64,000 nt of DNA from positions 31,695-95,694 of the forward strand of contig JAFWEJ010000013.1 of NCBI GenBank assembly GCA_017512985.1, written 5' to 3'. This document shows, piece after piece, positions 23,699 to 31,665 of this stretch. A program made the translations under genes and the position numbers. Numbering within the stretch: the stretch's first letter is position 1; every line of letters starts with the position of its first letter. This stretch comes from Clostridia bacterium (GTDB taxonomy: Bacteria > Bacillota > Clostridia > Christensenellales > Aristaeellaceae). The notes beneath the pieces are model-generated. The model was given only the letters and a program-made list of their open reading frames with translations. It did not search any database and was not told the origin of the DNA.

Positions 23699-24567
23699 GG
23701 CCTCTGTGCCTCCAGTTCCTTCAGCGCTGCGTCATATTCCTCACCCTGGGGCGTCCGGTAGTGCCACAGGATATTGTTCTCCATAAAGGATACGCCCTTG
23801 CCCTTCACCGTGTGGGCAAGGATTACATAGGGTTTCCCGCTGCCGGCGTTCTCCTTTGCCCGGGCAAACGCCGCCTGCAGGGCGCCGGTGTCGTGGCCGT
23901 CCACGCTCTCCGCGTTCCAGCCAAAATCCTTCCATTTCTGCTCAAAGGGCTCCAGCCGCAGGGTTTCATCCACCGTAGCCAGGCTCTGCATATGGTTGTA
24001 GTCCACCACGGCGACCAGCCGGTCCAGCCGGTACTGGGCTGCCTGCAGCACGGCTTCCCACACGGAACCCTCGTCGCATTCCCCGTCGCCCAGCACCACA
24101 TAGGTCCGCCACTGCGCGCCGTCCATTTTCGCGCCCAGCGCCATGCCGGCCCCGATGCCCAGCCCGTGGCCCAGCGCGCCGGTGGATACCTCCACCCCGG
24201 GCACGCCCTTATGGCTCACATGGCCGGAAAGGATGGAGCCGTTGGCGTAATGCGTCTTCAGTTGTTCCACGGGGAAAAACCCGGTTTCCGCCAGGGCGGC
24301 GTACACGGCGCTGCCCGCGTGGCCCTTGCTCAGGATCAGGCGGTCCCGGTCCGGTTTCTTCGGTTCCTCCGGGTCCACATTCAGCACGGAGGTATAGAGC
24401 ACGGCAATGATCTCAGCCACGCTGAAAACGCTGCCGATATGGCTGCCGCGGCTGATATGGGTCATTTCCAGGCCGTTCCTCCGGATCAGCCAGGCCAGCG
24501 TCTTCGGATCCCGGACGTCCGGTTTTCCCTCAAACCCGCTGTGCACCAGCGCCTCGTAGCTTTCCAT
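23695..24567 (-). CDS. Transketolase-like protein, N-terminal (TPP-binding) subunit
   Basis: DRLILSKGH, STGALGHG, GDGECDEG, HTVKGKG. Confidence 0.93.
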   Translation of the reverse strand: MESYEALVHSGFEGKPDVRDPKTLAWLIRRNGLEMTHISRGSHIGSVFSVAEIIAVLYTSVLNVDPEEPKKPDRDRLILSKGHAGSAVYAALAETGFFPVEQLKTHYANGSILSGHVSHKGVPGVEVSTGALGHGLGIGAGMALGAKMDGAQWRTYVVLGDGECDEGSVWEAVLQAAQYRLDRLVAVVDYNHMQSLATVDETLRLEPFEQKWKDFGWNAESVDGHDTGALQAAFARAKENAGSGKPYVILAHTVKGKGVSFMENNILWHYRTPQGEEYDAALKELEAQRP

Positions 24568-24578
24568 GCCGTCTCCTC

Positions 24579-25262
24579 TTACTTTGTCTCTTTCCGCATA
24601 TCGTCCGCTTTTTTGAACACGCCCTTGATTGTTTCCAGGAACAGCTGCGCGTCCAGCGCGAAGCTCTGGTTCTTTGCGTATTCCACCCGCAGGCGGTTCT
24701 TCTCCGGCAGGATCAGCCGCTCGAAATTCGCGACCGGATCCTCCTCGCCCACGATCTCATCCTGTGAGATATACACGATGCTGCTCCGGTCCGTAATACC
24801 CGGCCGCACCCACATGATGCACTGCTGCTCCTCCGTATACTGCTCCGTATACAGCAGCAGCTCCGGCCGCGGGCCGACAAAGCTCATGTCGCCCCGGATG
24901 ATGTTGAACAGCTGGGGCAGTTCGTCCATCTTCAGCCGCCGCATGATTCTCCCCGCCCGGGTCACCCGGTCGTCGTTCTTCGCGGTGCAGCCGCCGGTCT
25001 TGTCGGCGTCCACCACCATGCTGCGGAACTTGAAGATGCGGAAGGGCTGGTTGTGGTATCCTCCCCGCACCGCCCGGTAGAACACCGGTCCCTTGGAGTC
25101 CAGTTTCACCCAGACCGCCAGCGGAATCATCAGGATCAGTCCGGGAACCAGCAGGATCAGCGCAAGCAGCAGATCCATGATCCGCTTGACCACCTTGCTG
25201 TAAAAGGGGTGCGACAGCGGTCCGTCCCAGTACGGCTCCTTCGGCAGTTCATTCCGGCTCAT
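24579..25262 (-). CDS. Bacterial sugar transferase (initiating phosphoglycosyltransferase, PglC/WcaJ-C-like)
   Basis: KRIMD, KFRSM, MDELPQLFNIIRGDMSFVGPRP, RPGIT; ATG overlaps parB stop. Confidence 0.93.
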   Translation of the reverse strand: MSRNELPKEPYWDGPLSHPFYSKVVKRIMDLLLALILLVPGLILMIPLAVWVKLDSKGPVFYRAVRGGYHNQPFRIFKFRSMVVDADKTGGCTAKNDDRVTRAGRIMRRLKMDELPQLFNIIRGDMSFVGPRPELLLYTEQYTEEQQCIMWVRPGITDRSSIVYISQDEIVGEEDPVANFERLILPEKNRLRVEYAKNQSFALDAQLFLETIKGVFKKADDMRKETK

Positions 25263-26122
25263 CAGTTCTCTCCAAAGCGTTCCAGCATGTCGTTCAGCCG
25301 TTCCAGTTCCTCCCGGCTGCTGTACTGAAGCACGATCCGTCCCTTCGAAATGTTCCCGGTCAGGGTGCTCTTCAGGCCGGTATAACGGCGGATTTTCTCC
25401 TGCAGCTCTTCGAGTTCGGCAGGCAGCCATTTCGTCGCAGGCTTCTTCTTCTTCGGTTTCGGGGCGGCGGCCTTCACCAGCTGTTCCATCTGGCGTACAT
25501 TCAGGCCTTCCTCAACGGCCTTGTGCGCCAGGCGCAGCTGTTCCGCGCTGTCACTCACGCCGGCAAGCACCCGGGCGTGGCCGGCCGTCAGCAGGCCGTC
25601 CTTCACCATCTCGGTCACTTCGTCCGGCAGCTGCAGCAGGCGCAGCATGTTCGCCACCGCCGGGCGGCTCTTGCCCAGCCGGGCGCTGACCTTTTCCTGG
25701 GTATATCCGCACTGGTCCATCAGCGCGCGGATGCCCTTCGCCGCTTCGATGGGGTTCAGGTCTTCCCGCTGCAGGTTCTCAATCAGCGCGATTTCCCGCT
25801 GGCGGATCACGTCAATGTCCTTCACGATGCAGGGCAGCGTGTCCAGGCCGGCTTCCCGTCCGGCGCGGTAACGCCGCTCGCCGGCAATGATCATGTACCG
25901 GCCGCCGCTCGCGGGCGCGACCAGCAGGGGCTGCAGCACGCCCTGCTCCCGGATGCTGTCCGCCAGCTGGCTGATGCTCTCGGGACTGAACGTGCGCCGG
26001 GGCTGATCCGGGTTCGGATCCAGCTCGCCCACCGCAATCTCCTGGATACTGGTTCCCCAGTCTTCCGCACCCGCGAACAGGGAATCCAGTCCCCTTCCCA
26101 GGCCGTGCGTCTTTTTCGGCAT
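25262..26122 (-). CDS. parB: Chromosome partitioning protein ParB/Spo0J
   Basis: GLGRGLDSL, PNPDQPRR, IAGERRYRA, ENLQREDLNPIE. Confidence 0.96.
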   Translation of the reverse strand: MPKKTHGLGRGLDSLFAGAEDWGTSIQEIAVGELDPNPDQPRRTFSPESISQLADSIREQGVLQPLLVAPASGGRYMIIAGERRYRAGREAGLDTLPCIVKDIDVIRQREIALIENLQREDLNPIEAAKGIRALMDQCGYTQEKVSARLGKSRPAVANMLRLLQLPDEVTEMVKDGLLTAGHARVLAGVSDSAEQLRLAHKAVEEGLNVRQMEQLVKAAAPKPKKKKPATKWLPAELEELQEKIRRYTGLKSTLTGNISKGRIVLQYSSREELERLNDMLERFGEN

Positions 26123-26140
26123 ATCAGCAGTCTCCTGTCG

Positions 26141-26911
26141 TTACTTCTTCTTTTTGTTCCGGGCCAGCACCTCTTTCGCCAGCGCCTCATAGGCCATGGC
26201 GCCGGTGCTCCGGGGATCGTAGAGGCAGATGGGTTCGCCGTGGCTCGGCGCCTCGCCCAGGCGGACGTTGCGCGGGATCATTGTGGCGAACACCTGCTTC
26301 CGGAAGTGCTTCTTCACCTGGTCCACCACCTGCAGGCCCAGGTTTGTCCGGCCGTCCAGCATTGTCAGCAGGATGCCCTCGATCTCCAGGTGCGGGTTAT
26401 AGGTCCGCTTCACGCGGTTCACGGTGTTCATCAGGGCGGTCACGCCTTCCAGCGCGTAGTATTCGCACTGGATCGGCACCAGCACCGTGTCCGCGGCGGT
26501 CAGCGCGTTGATCGTCAGCAGGCTCAGGCTCGGCGGGCAGTCGATGAAGATATAGTCGCATTCGTCCCGTACGACGCCCAGCAGTTTCTTGAGGAAGAAT
26601 TCCCGGTCATCCACGCTGACCAGTTCCACCTCGGCCGCCGCCAGGCGGATATCCGAGCCGATCAGCTTCAGCTTTTTGATTTCCGTGTCCTGTACGCAGT
26701 TCTTCAGCTGGGCCCGTCCCATCAGCGCGTCGTACAGGGAACTGCGCTCGTTCACCGTCCGGCCGAAGCCGCTGGTTGTATTGCCCTGGGGATCCAGGTC
26801 CACCATCAGGACCTTTTTGCCCGCCTGCGCGATGGCGGCGGAAAGATTGACGGCTGTGGTGGTCTTGCCCACCCCGCCTTTCTGGTTCGCAATGGCGATG
26901 ATCTTTGCCAT
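26141..26911 (-). CDS. parA: Chromosome partitioning ATPase ParA/Soj
   Basis: [33 protein letters not shown]. Confidence 0.96.
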   Translation of the reverse strand: MAKIIAIANQKGGVGKTTTAVNLSAAIAQAGKKVLMVDLDPQGNTTSGFGRTVNERSSLYDALMGRAQLKNCVQDTEIKKLKLIGSDIRLAAAEVELVSVDDREFFLKKLLGVVRDECDYIFIDCPPSLSLLTINALTAADTVLVPIQCEYYALEGVTALMNTVNRVKRTYNPHLEIEGILLTMLDGRTNLGLQVVDQVKKHFRKQVFATMIPRNVRLGEAPSHGEPICLYDPRSTGAMAYEALAKEVLARNKKKK

Positions 26912-26946
26912 ATTTCTGCCTTTCACACTTCAGCTCCGGACAGCCG

Positions 26947-27405
26947 TTACGCTTCCGGAGCTTCTCCGTTTTCGATCCGTTCGATCATTTCAACCCGCCG
27001 CTGGTGGCGGCCTCCCTGGAATTCGGCGGTCAGCCAGCTCTTCGCAATCAGCTTTGCCACTTCCGTGCCCACCACCCGGGCGCCCATGGTCAGGATATTG
27101 CTGTCGTTATGCTGCTTGCTCAGGATCGCGCTGTACACGTCGCTGCAGGTGCAGACGCGGATGCCCTTCACCTTGCCGGCGGCAATGCCGATCCCGATGC
27201 CTGTTCCGCAGATCAGGATGCCGCGGTCGCATTCCCCGTCGGCCACCGCTTTCGCGGCCTTGTAGCCGTAAATCGGGTAGTCGTCGTCACGGTTGTTCGC
27301 GTCGTAATTTCCGTAGTCTTTCCATTCCAGGCCCATCTCGTCCAGCATCTTCATGATTTCCTGTTTCATGGCAACTCCGGTATGGTCACAGGCCAGTGCA
27401 ATCAT
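26947..27405 (-). CDS. rpiB: Ribose-5-phosphate isomerase B
   Basis: ACDH, CGTGIG, HNDSN, GGRHQRRV. Confidence 0.93.
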   Translation of the reverse strand: MIALACDHTGVAMKQEIMKMLDEMGLEWKDYGNYDANNRDDDYPIYGYKAAKAVADGECDRGILICGTGIGIGIAAGKVKGIRVCTCSDVYSAILSKQHNDSNILTMGARVVGTEVAKLIAKSWLTAEFQGGRHQRRVEMIERIENGEAPEA

Positions 27406-27489
27406 GGCTAAAACACTCCCATTCCTAAACTTCCATATCTATGTTATAATACATCAACACGTTCCGAATTTCAAGGAGGACGGAAGATC

Positions 27490-28239
27490 ATGCCCCTGCA
27501 CCACTGCGAGCTCTGCCACATCGATCTGGACCGGATCAGCGTCCGCCGCGGCGGCCAGATCCTGCTCCAGGATGTGTCCATGCACATCCACTGCGGACAA
27601 CTCACCGTCCTCATCGGCCAGAACGGCGCCGGCAAAACGACGCTGATCCGCGCGCTGCTGGGCCAGCTGCGCTATTCCGGCCTCATCCGCCATGTGGACG
27701 GCCGCGGGCTGAACATCCCGCACCTGCGTACAGGCTACGTCCCGCAGCACCTGCAGTTTGACCGGGAGATGCCCCTGACCGTACGGGACTTTGTGGCCGC
27801 TTCGCTCACAAAGCGTCCGGTCTGGACCGGCGTGGGCAAAAAAGTCCGCGCACAGGTGAATGAAATCCTCTCCGCCGTGAACGCAGAAAGCCTGGCGGAC
27901 CAGCCCCTCGGTCGCTGCTCCGGGGGCGAGCTGCAGCGCGTGCTGCTGGCGCTCGCCATGAACCCGCCGCCGGACCTGCTCGTCCTGGACGAGCCCGTCA
28001 GCGGGATCGACCGCAACGGCCTGAAAATGTTCCTGGAAACCCTCCTGGACCTGAAAAAAACGCATCACATGGCGATCCTGCTGGTCAGCCACGATCTGCG
28101 TTTCGTCCGGGAATACGCGGACCATGTGGTCCTGCTTGATAAATCCGTCCTGGCCCAGGGATCCGCGGCGGAGGTTTTCGCTTCGCCGGAGTTCTCCGCG
28201 GTCTTCGGCTACAGCGGCGAAGAAGAGGAGGCGGAATGA
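27490..28239 (+). CDS. Metal (Zn/Mn) ABC transporter ATP-binding protein
   Basis: GQNGAGKTT, GYVPQ, SGGELQRVLLA, LDEP, SHDL; extended -10 TGTTATAAT upstream. Confidence 0.9.
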   Translation: MPLHHCELCHIDLDRISVRRGGQILLQDVSMHIHCGQLTVLIGQNGAGKTTLIRALLGQLRYSGLIRHVDGRGLNIPHLRTGYVPQHLQFDREMPLTVRDFVAASLTKRPVWTGVGKKVRAQVNEILSAVNAESLADQPLGRCSGGELQRVLLALAMNPPPDLLVLDEPVSGIDRNGLKMFLETLLDLKKTHHMAILLVSHDLRFVREYADHVVLLDKSVLAQGSAAEVFASPEFSAVFGYSGEEEEAE

Positions 28240-29078
28240 TGGATACAATCTACAGCGTCCTCGGCGCCATCCTCCCCTTTGAGGCCTACCAGTTCAATTT
28301 CATGCGGAACGCCTTCCTGGCGATCCTGCTCCTGACTCCGCTGCTGGGCTTGCTCGGCACCATGGCGGTCAACCACCAGATGGCGTTCTTTTCCGACGCT
28401 CTGGGTCATTCCGCGCTGACCGGCATCGGCCTGGGTATTATCTTCGGTCTGGGGAACGACCTGGTCGCGATGCTGATTTTCGGCATAATCTGGGCGATCC
28501 TGATCTGCCTGATCAGGCAGTTCGGATCCGCGTCGGCAGACACGGTCATCTCCGTCTTCTCCTCCACTTCTGTGGCGGCAGGCCTGCTGATCCTCGCCCG
28601 CGGCGGCAAATTCGCGAAGTATTCCTCGCTCCTGATCGGCGATATCCTCGCCGTCACGCCGGGCGACCTGTTCTGGCTCCTGATCGCCCTCATCTGCACG
28701 CTGGTCTTCTGGGCGCTTCTGTATAATTCCCTGCTGCTCACCAGCGTGGACAGCTTCCTCGCCCGCAGCCGGGGCGTGAAAACCATCCTGGTGGAGATTG
28801 CCTTTGTGGTCATGGTCGCAGTCGCGGTCATGCTCTCCATCCGCTGGGTCGGCGTCATGCTGATCAACGCCCTGTTGATCCTGCCGGCCGCGGCGGGCCG
28901 CAACATCGCCCGTTCCGCCCGCCAGCACGCGGCCTGGTCTGTGGCTATCGCGCTTTTCAGCGGCCTGGTCGGGCTGACCCTTTCATATTACCTGGATACC
29001 AGCGCCGGAGCGTCCATTGTGCTGATTTCCGCGATGTGCTATGCCGTTTCACTCGCTGTCAGAAGCATCCGGAAATAA
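28236..29078 (+). CDS. Metal ABC transporter permease (ZnuB-like)
   Basis: MAFFSDALGHSAL, GDILAV, GVMLINALLILPA. Confidence 0.9.
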   Translation: MMDTIYSVLGAILPFEAYQFNFMRNAFLAILLLTPLLGLLGTMAVNHQMAFFSDALGHSALTGIGLGIIFGLGNDLVAMLIFGIIWAILICLIRQFGSASADTVISVFSSTSVAAGLLILARGGKFAKYSSLLIGDILAVTPGDLFWLLIALICTLVFWALLYNSLLLTSVDSFLARSRGVKTILVEIAFVVMVAVAVMLSIRWVGVMLINALLILPAAAGRNIARSARQHAAWSVAIALFSGLVGLTLSYYLDTSAGASIVLISAMCYAVSLAVRSIRK

Positions 29079-29182
29079 CGGTCATGTGGGAATTCACGTT
29101 TGTTTTGTATACCATTTCTGTTTGATTGTGGAACCATTCACCTTTAAACAGCGGTTTTTGATATTTTTGTGGAATTTGATGC

Positions 29183-29215
29183 AAAAACCGCCGGCTCATA
29201 CTGCCGGCGGTTTTT
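29183..29215. terminator. Bidirectional terminator between convergent genes
   Basis: aaaaaccgccggc...gccggcggttttt. Confidence 0.8.
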
Positions 29216-29225
29216 CCATGCGCTT

Positions 29226-31601
29226 TTACCATCTGCGGCCCCGGCCGTAGCAGCTGTCGCACAGCCTGTAAGGCCAGTTCCACGGCAGGTGGCGCTTGCA
29301 GGACGGACAGGTCCGCTGCTGCAGTTTCTGCGTGGACAGGATATGCACAATTCCCTGGGAAATCAGGTCCTTCCGCCGCTGGATCTCCGCCAGGAGCCAG
29401 TCCGGATCCGGCAGGAACAGCCGCGTATAGTTGTAATACAGGTCGCACCGGCGGTAATCCGCCTCCAGCTCATCCAGCATGCGGATTGTGCAGCTCTCCG
29501 GCTCGACGATTTCCGGCATTTCCGGCATCACGTCAATGTGCTCGCCCCGGCATTCCGCGTGATACATTGCCTTCCAGCGGAACAGCAGCTCCTGGTCCTT
29601 CTCGTCAAACGGAATGCACAGGAACCGGTACAGAAGCCGCCGGTCCGTCTTCGGCGTTTCCATCATCGCGGCCAGCTCCGCCATCCGCACCGTGGACGCC
29701 TTGGAAAAGCAGCCCTTGTCCTGCATCCGGATCCACTGGTCCAGGATGCCGGTCAGCGGAAGCGGAATGCCCAGCAGGGATTCCGGAAAACCGATCACGC
29801 CCTCCGTCAGCGGCAGCAGCGGCCGGGCCATTGCCCTGGCCACTTCCTGCCGGAAGCCGAACGCGTTCACATAGCCGATCTCATACTTGCCGTAGCGGCC
29901 TGCCCGGCCGGCAATCTGCTTGATCTCCGAGTCTGTCAGCAGCCGGGTCACGTCTCCGTCATACTTTTCCGATTCCAGGAACACCACCCGCTGAATCGGC
30001 AGGTTCATACCCATGGCGATCGCGTCCGTGGAGACGACGACCTCCGTCTCTCCCCGGTGGAAGCGGTCCGCCTGGTTGCGCCGCACGTCCGGCGGCAGCG
30101 CGCCGTAGATCAGCGAAACCTTATAGCCCCGCGTCTTCAGTTCCGCCGCGACGGCGTGCACCCGGGCCTTGGAGAAAACGATCAGCGCGTCCCCGGTTCT
30201 TACGGAGGACGGGAACTGGAAGCCTTCCTTCTCCACTTCCAGCGGCGTCATCCGTTCATGGCGGATGATTGTCAGTTCATCCCCGCAGTCGTTGATGATC
30301 CGGGTCAGCAGGTTCTCCGCGTCCGGGGAGGCACATGCGTGGATCTCGTCCGCGCACAGGCCCAGGATAGCGGCCGTCCAGGCGCCGCCGCGATCCCGGT
30401 CGGCGATCATCTGGCACTCGTCGATCACTGCCACGTCGTAATGCGTCTGCAGGTCCGCCATCTCCACCGTGGAGGACTGCACCCGGCTGAACGGCACCCG
30501 GATCTGCTCTTCGCCCGTTACCAGCGAGCAGGGCACGTCCGCGAGGTTCAGGGCTTCAAACTGCTCCGCGGCCAGCAGCCGCAACGGGCCGAGGTACAGT
30601 CCCTGCCGCGCGCCCTGCAGCCGCTGGATTCCCTCGTAGGTCTTGCCGGAATTCGTCGGTCCCAGGTGCAGGTAAAAATGCCGTTTCATCCCGCGTGCCA
30701 GCGGATACAGGTCCCTGTAATGCTCGGGGATCGCGTTCAGCAGCGCGGTGCGGATCCGTTTTTCTTTTTCCCGGACGGCGTCCGCTTTTTTCTGCAGGCG
30801 GATCAGCCCCGGGTTCTTTTCCAGCAGCCGCCGGAGGCGCTCCCGGGAGAATTTCTTTTCCAGCGCGTTGAAGACCAGCCGGTCTTCCCGCTCGGCTTCC
30901 CGGCGCACAGCGGACGCGACGGTCTCCCCGCCCGGCAGCCTCACCGCCCGGCAGGCCGCCAGCTCCGGGAACTGCTTTCCGGCTTCCGCCCGCAGGAACC
31001 CCTCCAGGGAACCCGGCTGGAACGCGCGGTTCACGCTCTTGGGCGTCAGTCCGCCGGGGAAATCCTTCTCCATGATCCGTCTCACCACGGAACGCTCGGG
31101 GTCTTCCTCCCGCAGCCTCGCGCTGTGGTCGCCGGTCCGCAGCCACAGCACCACCCGGTTTTCCGCCCGGGTGGTAAACTGTCCGATCTCTTCTTCAAAC
31201 CAGCTGCGCAGGTCGCCCTCCCGGATGATCCGCAGCGCTTCATAGGCCTTTTCCAGCGTGACCTTGCTCTTCTCCACCGTGCGCAGGAAAGCGAGGTCGA
31301 CCTTCCGGCCGTCCTGCATCTCCCTGGCAATCATTTTTGAAAGGCGTTCAAACTCCGCCCGGTCCCCGGACAGCACCAGTTCTCCCCGCAGCAGGCCCTG
31401 CCAGATCTTATCCCGCCGCTGCAGCTGCCGCAGCGTGGTCTGGAACGCCTCGCTCTGCAGGTAGGCTTCCTTCTCCGCCGGCCTCATGCTGCGGGTAATC
31501 ACCCGGGCTTTGTTCAGGGCATGCTGGTGCAGATACCGCTCCCGCTCGGGCAGCAGCGCCTGCACATAGGCTTCCATCGCGCTTCTGTCTGAACGGCTCA
31601 T
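29226..31601 (-). CDS. Suv3-like SF2 helicase with C-terminal Zn ribbon
   Basis: GPTNSGKT, PLRLLA, DECQM, YGALPP, TDAIAMGMN, QIAGRAGR; CPSC...CDSC at C-terminus. Confidence 0.88.
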   Translation of the reverse strand: MSRSDRSAMEAYVQALLPERERYLHQHALNKARVITRSMRPAEKEAYLQSEAFQTTLRQLQRRDKIWQGLLRGELVLSGDRAEFERLSKMIAREMQDGRKVDLAFLRTVEKSKVTLEKAYEALRIIREGDLRSWFEEEIGQFTTRAENRVVLWLRTGDHSARLREEDPERSVVRRIMEKDFPGGLTPKSVNRAFQPGSLEGFLRAEAGKQFPELAACRAVRLPGGETVASAVRREAEREDRLVFNALEKKFSRERLRRLLEKNPGLIRLQKKADAVREKEKRIRTALLNAIPEHYRDLYPLARGMKRHFYLHLGPTNSGKTYEGIQRLQGARQGLYLGPLRLLAAEQFEALNLADVPCSLVTGEEQIRVPFSRVQSSTVEMADLQTHYDVAVIDECQMIADRDRGGAWTAAILGLCADEIHACASPDAENLLTRIINDCGDELTIIRHERMTPLEVEKEGFQFPSSVRTGDALIVFSKARVHAVAAELKTRGYKVSLIYGALPPDVRRNQADRFHRGETEVVVSTDAIAMGMNLPIQRVVFLESEKYDGDVTRLLTDSEIKQIAGRAGRYGKYEIGYVNAFGFRQEVARAMARPLLPLTEGVIGFPESLLGIPLPLTGILDQWIRMQDKGCFSKASTVRMAELAAMMETPKTDRRLLYRFLCIPFDEKDQELLFRWKAMYHAECRGEHIDVMPEMPEIVEPESCTIRMLDELEADYRRCDLYYNYTRLFLPDPDWLLAEIQRRKDLISQGIVHILSTQKLQQRTCPSCKRHLPWNWPYRLCDSCYGRGRRW

Positions 31602-31665
31602 AACGGCAAACTCTCCCTTAACTTCTTCTGCAATCAGTATACAGTTGTTTGAGACTTGATGCAAA

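Noticed and set aside
25262-27489. parS sites or plasmid/prophage origin for parAB
   Set aside because: No TGTTTCACGTGAAACA-like palindrome seen by eye; the proteins look like chromosomal Soj/Spo0J and the flanks are housekeeping genes
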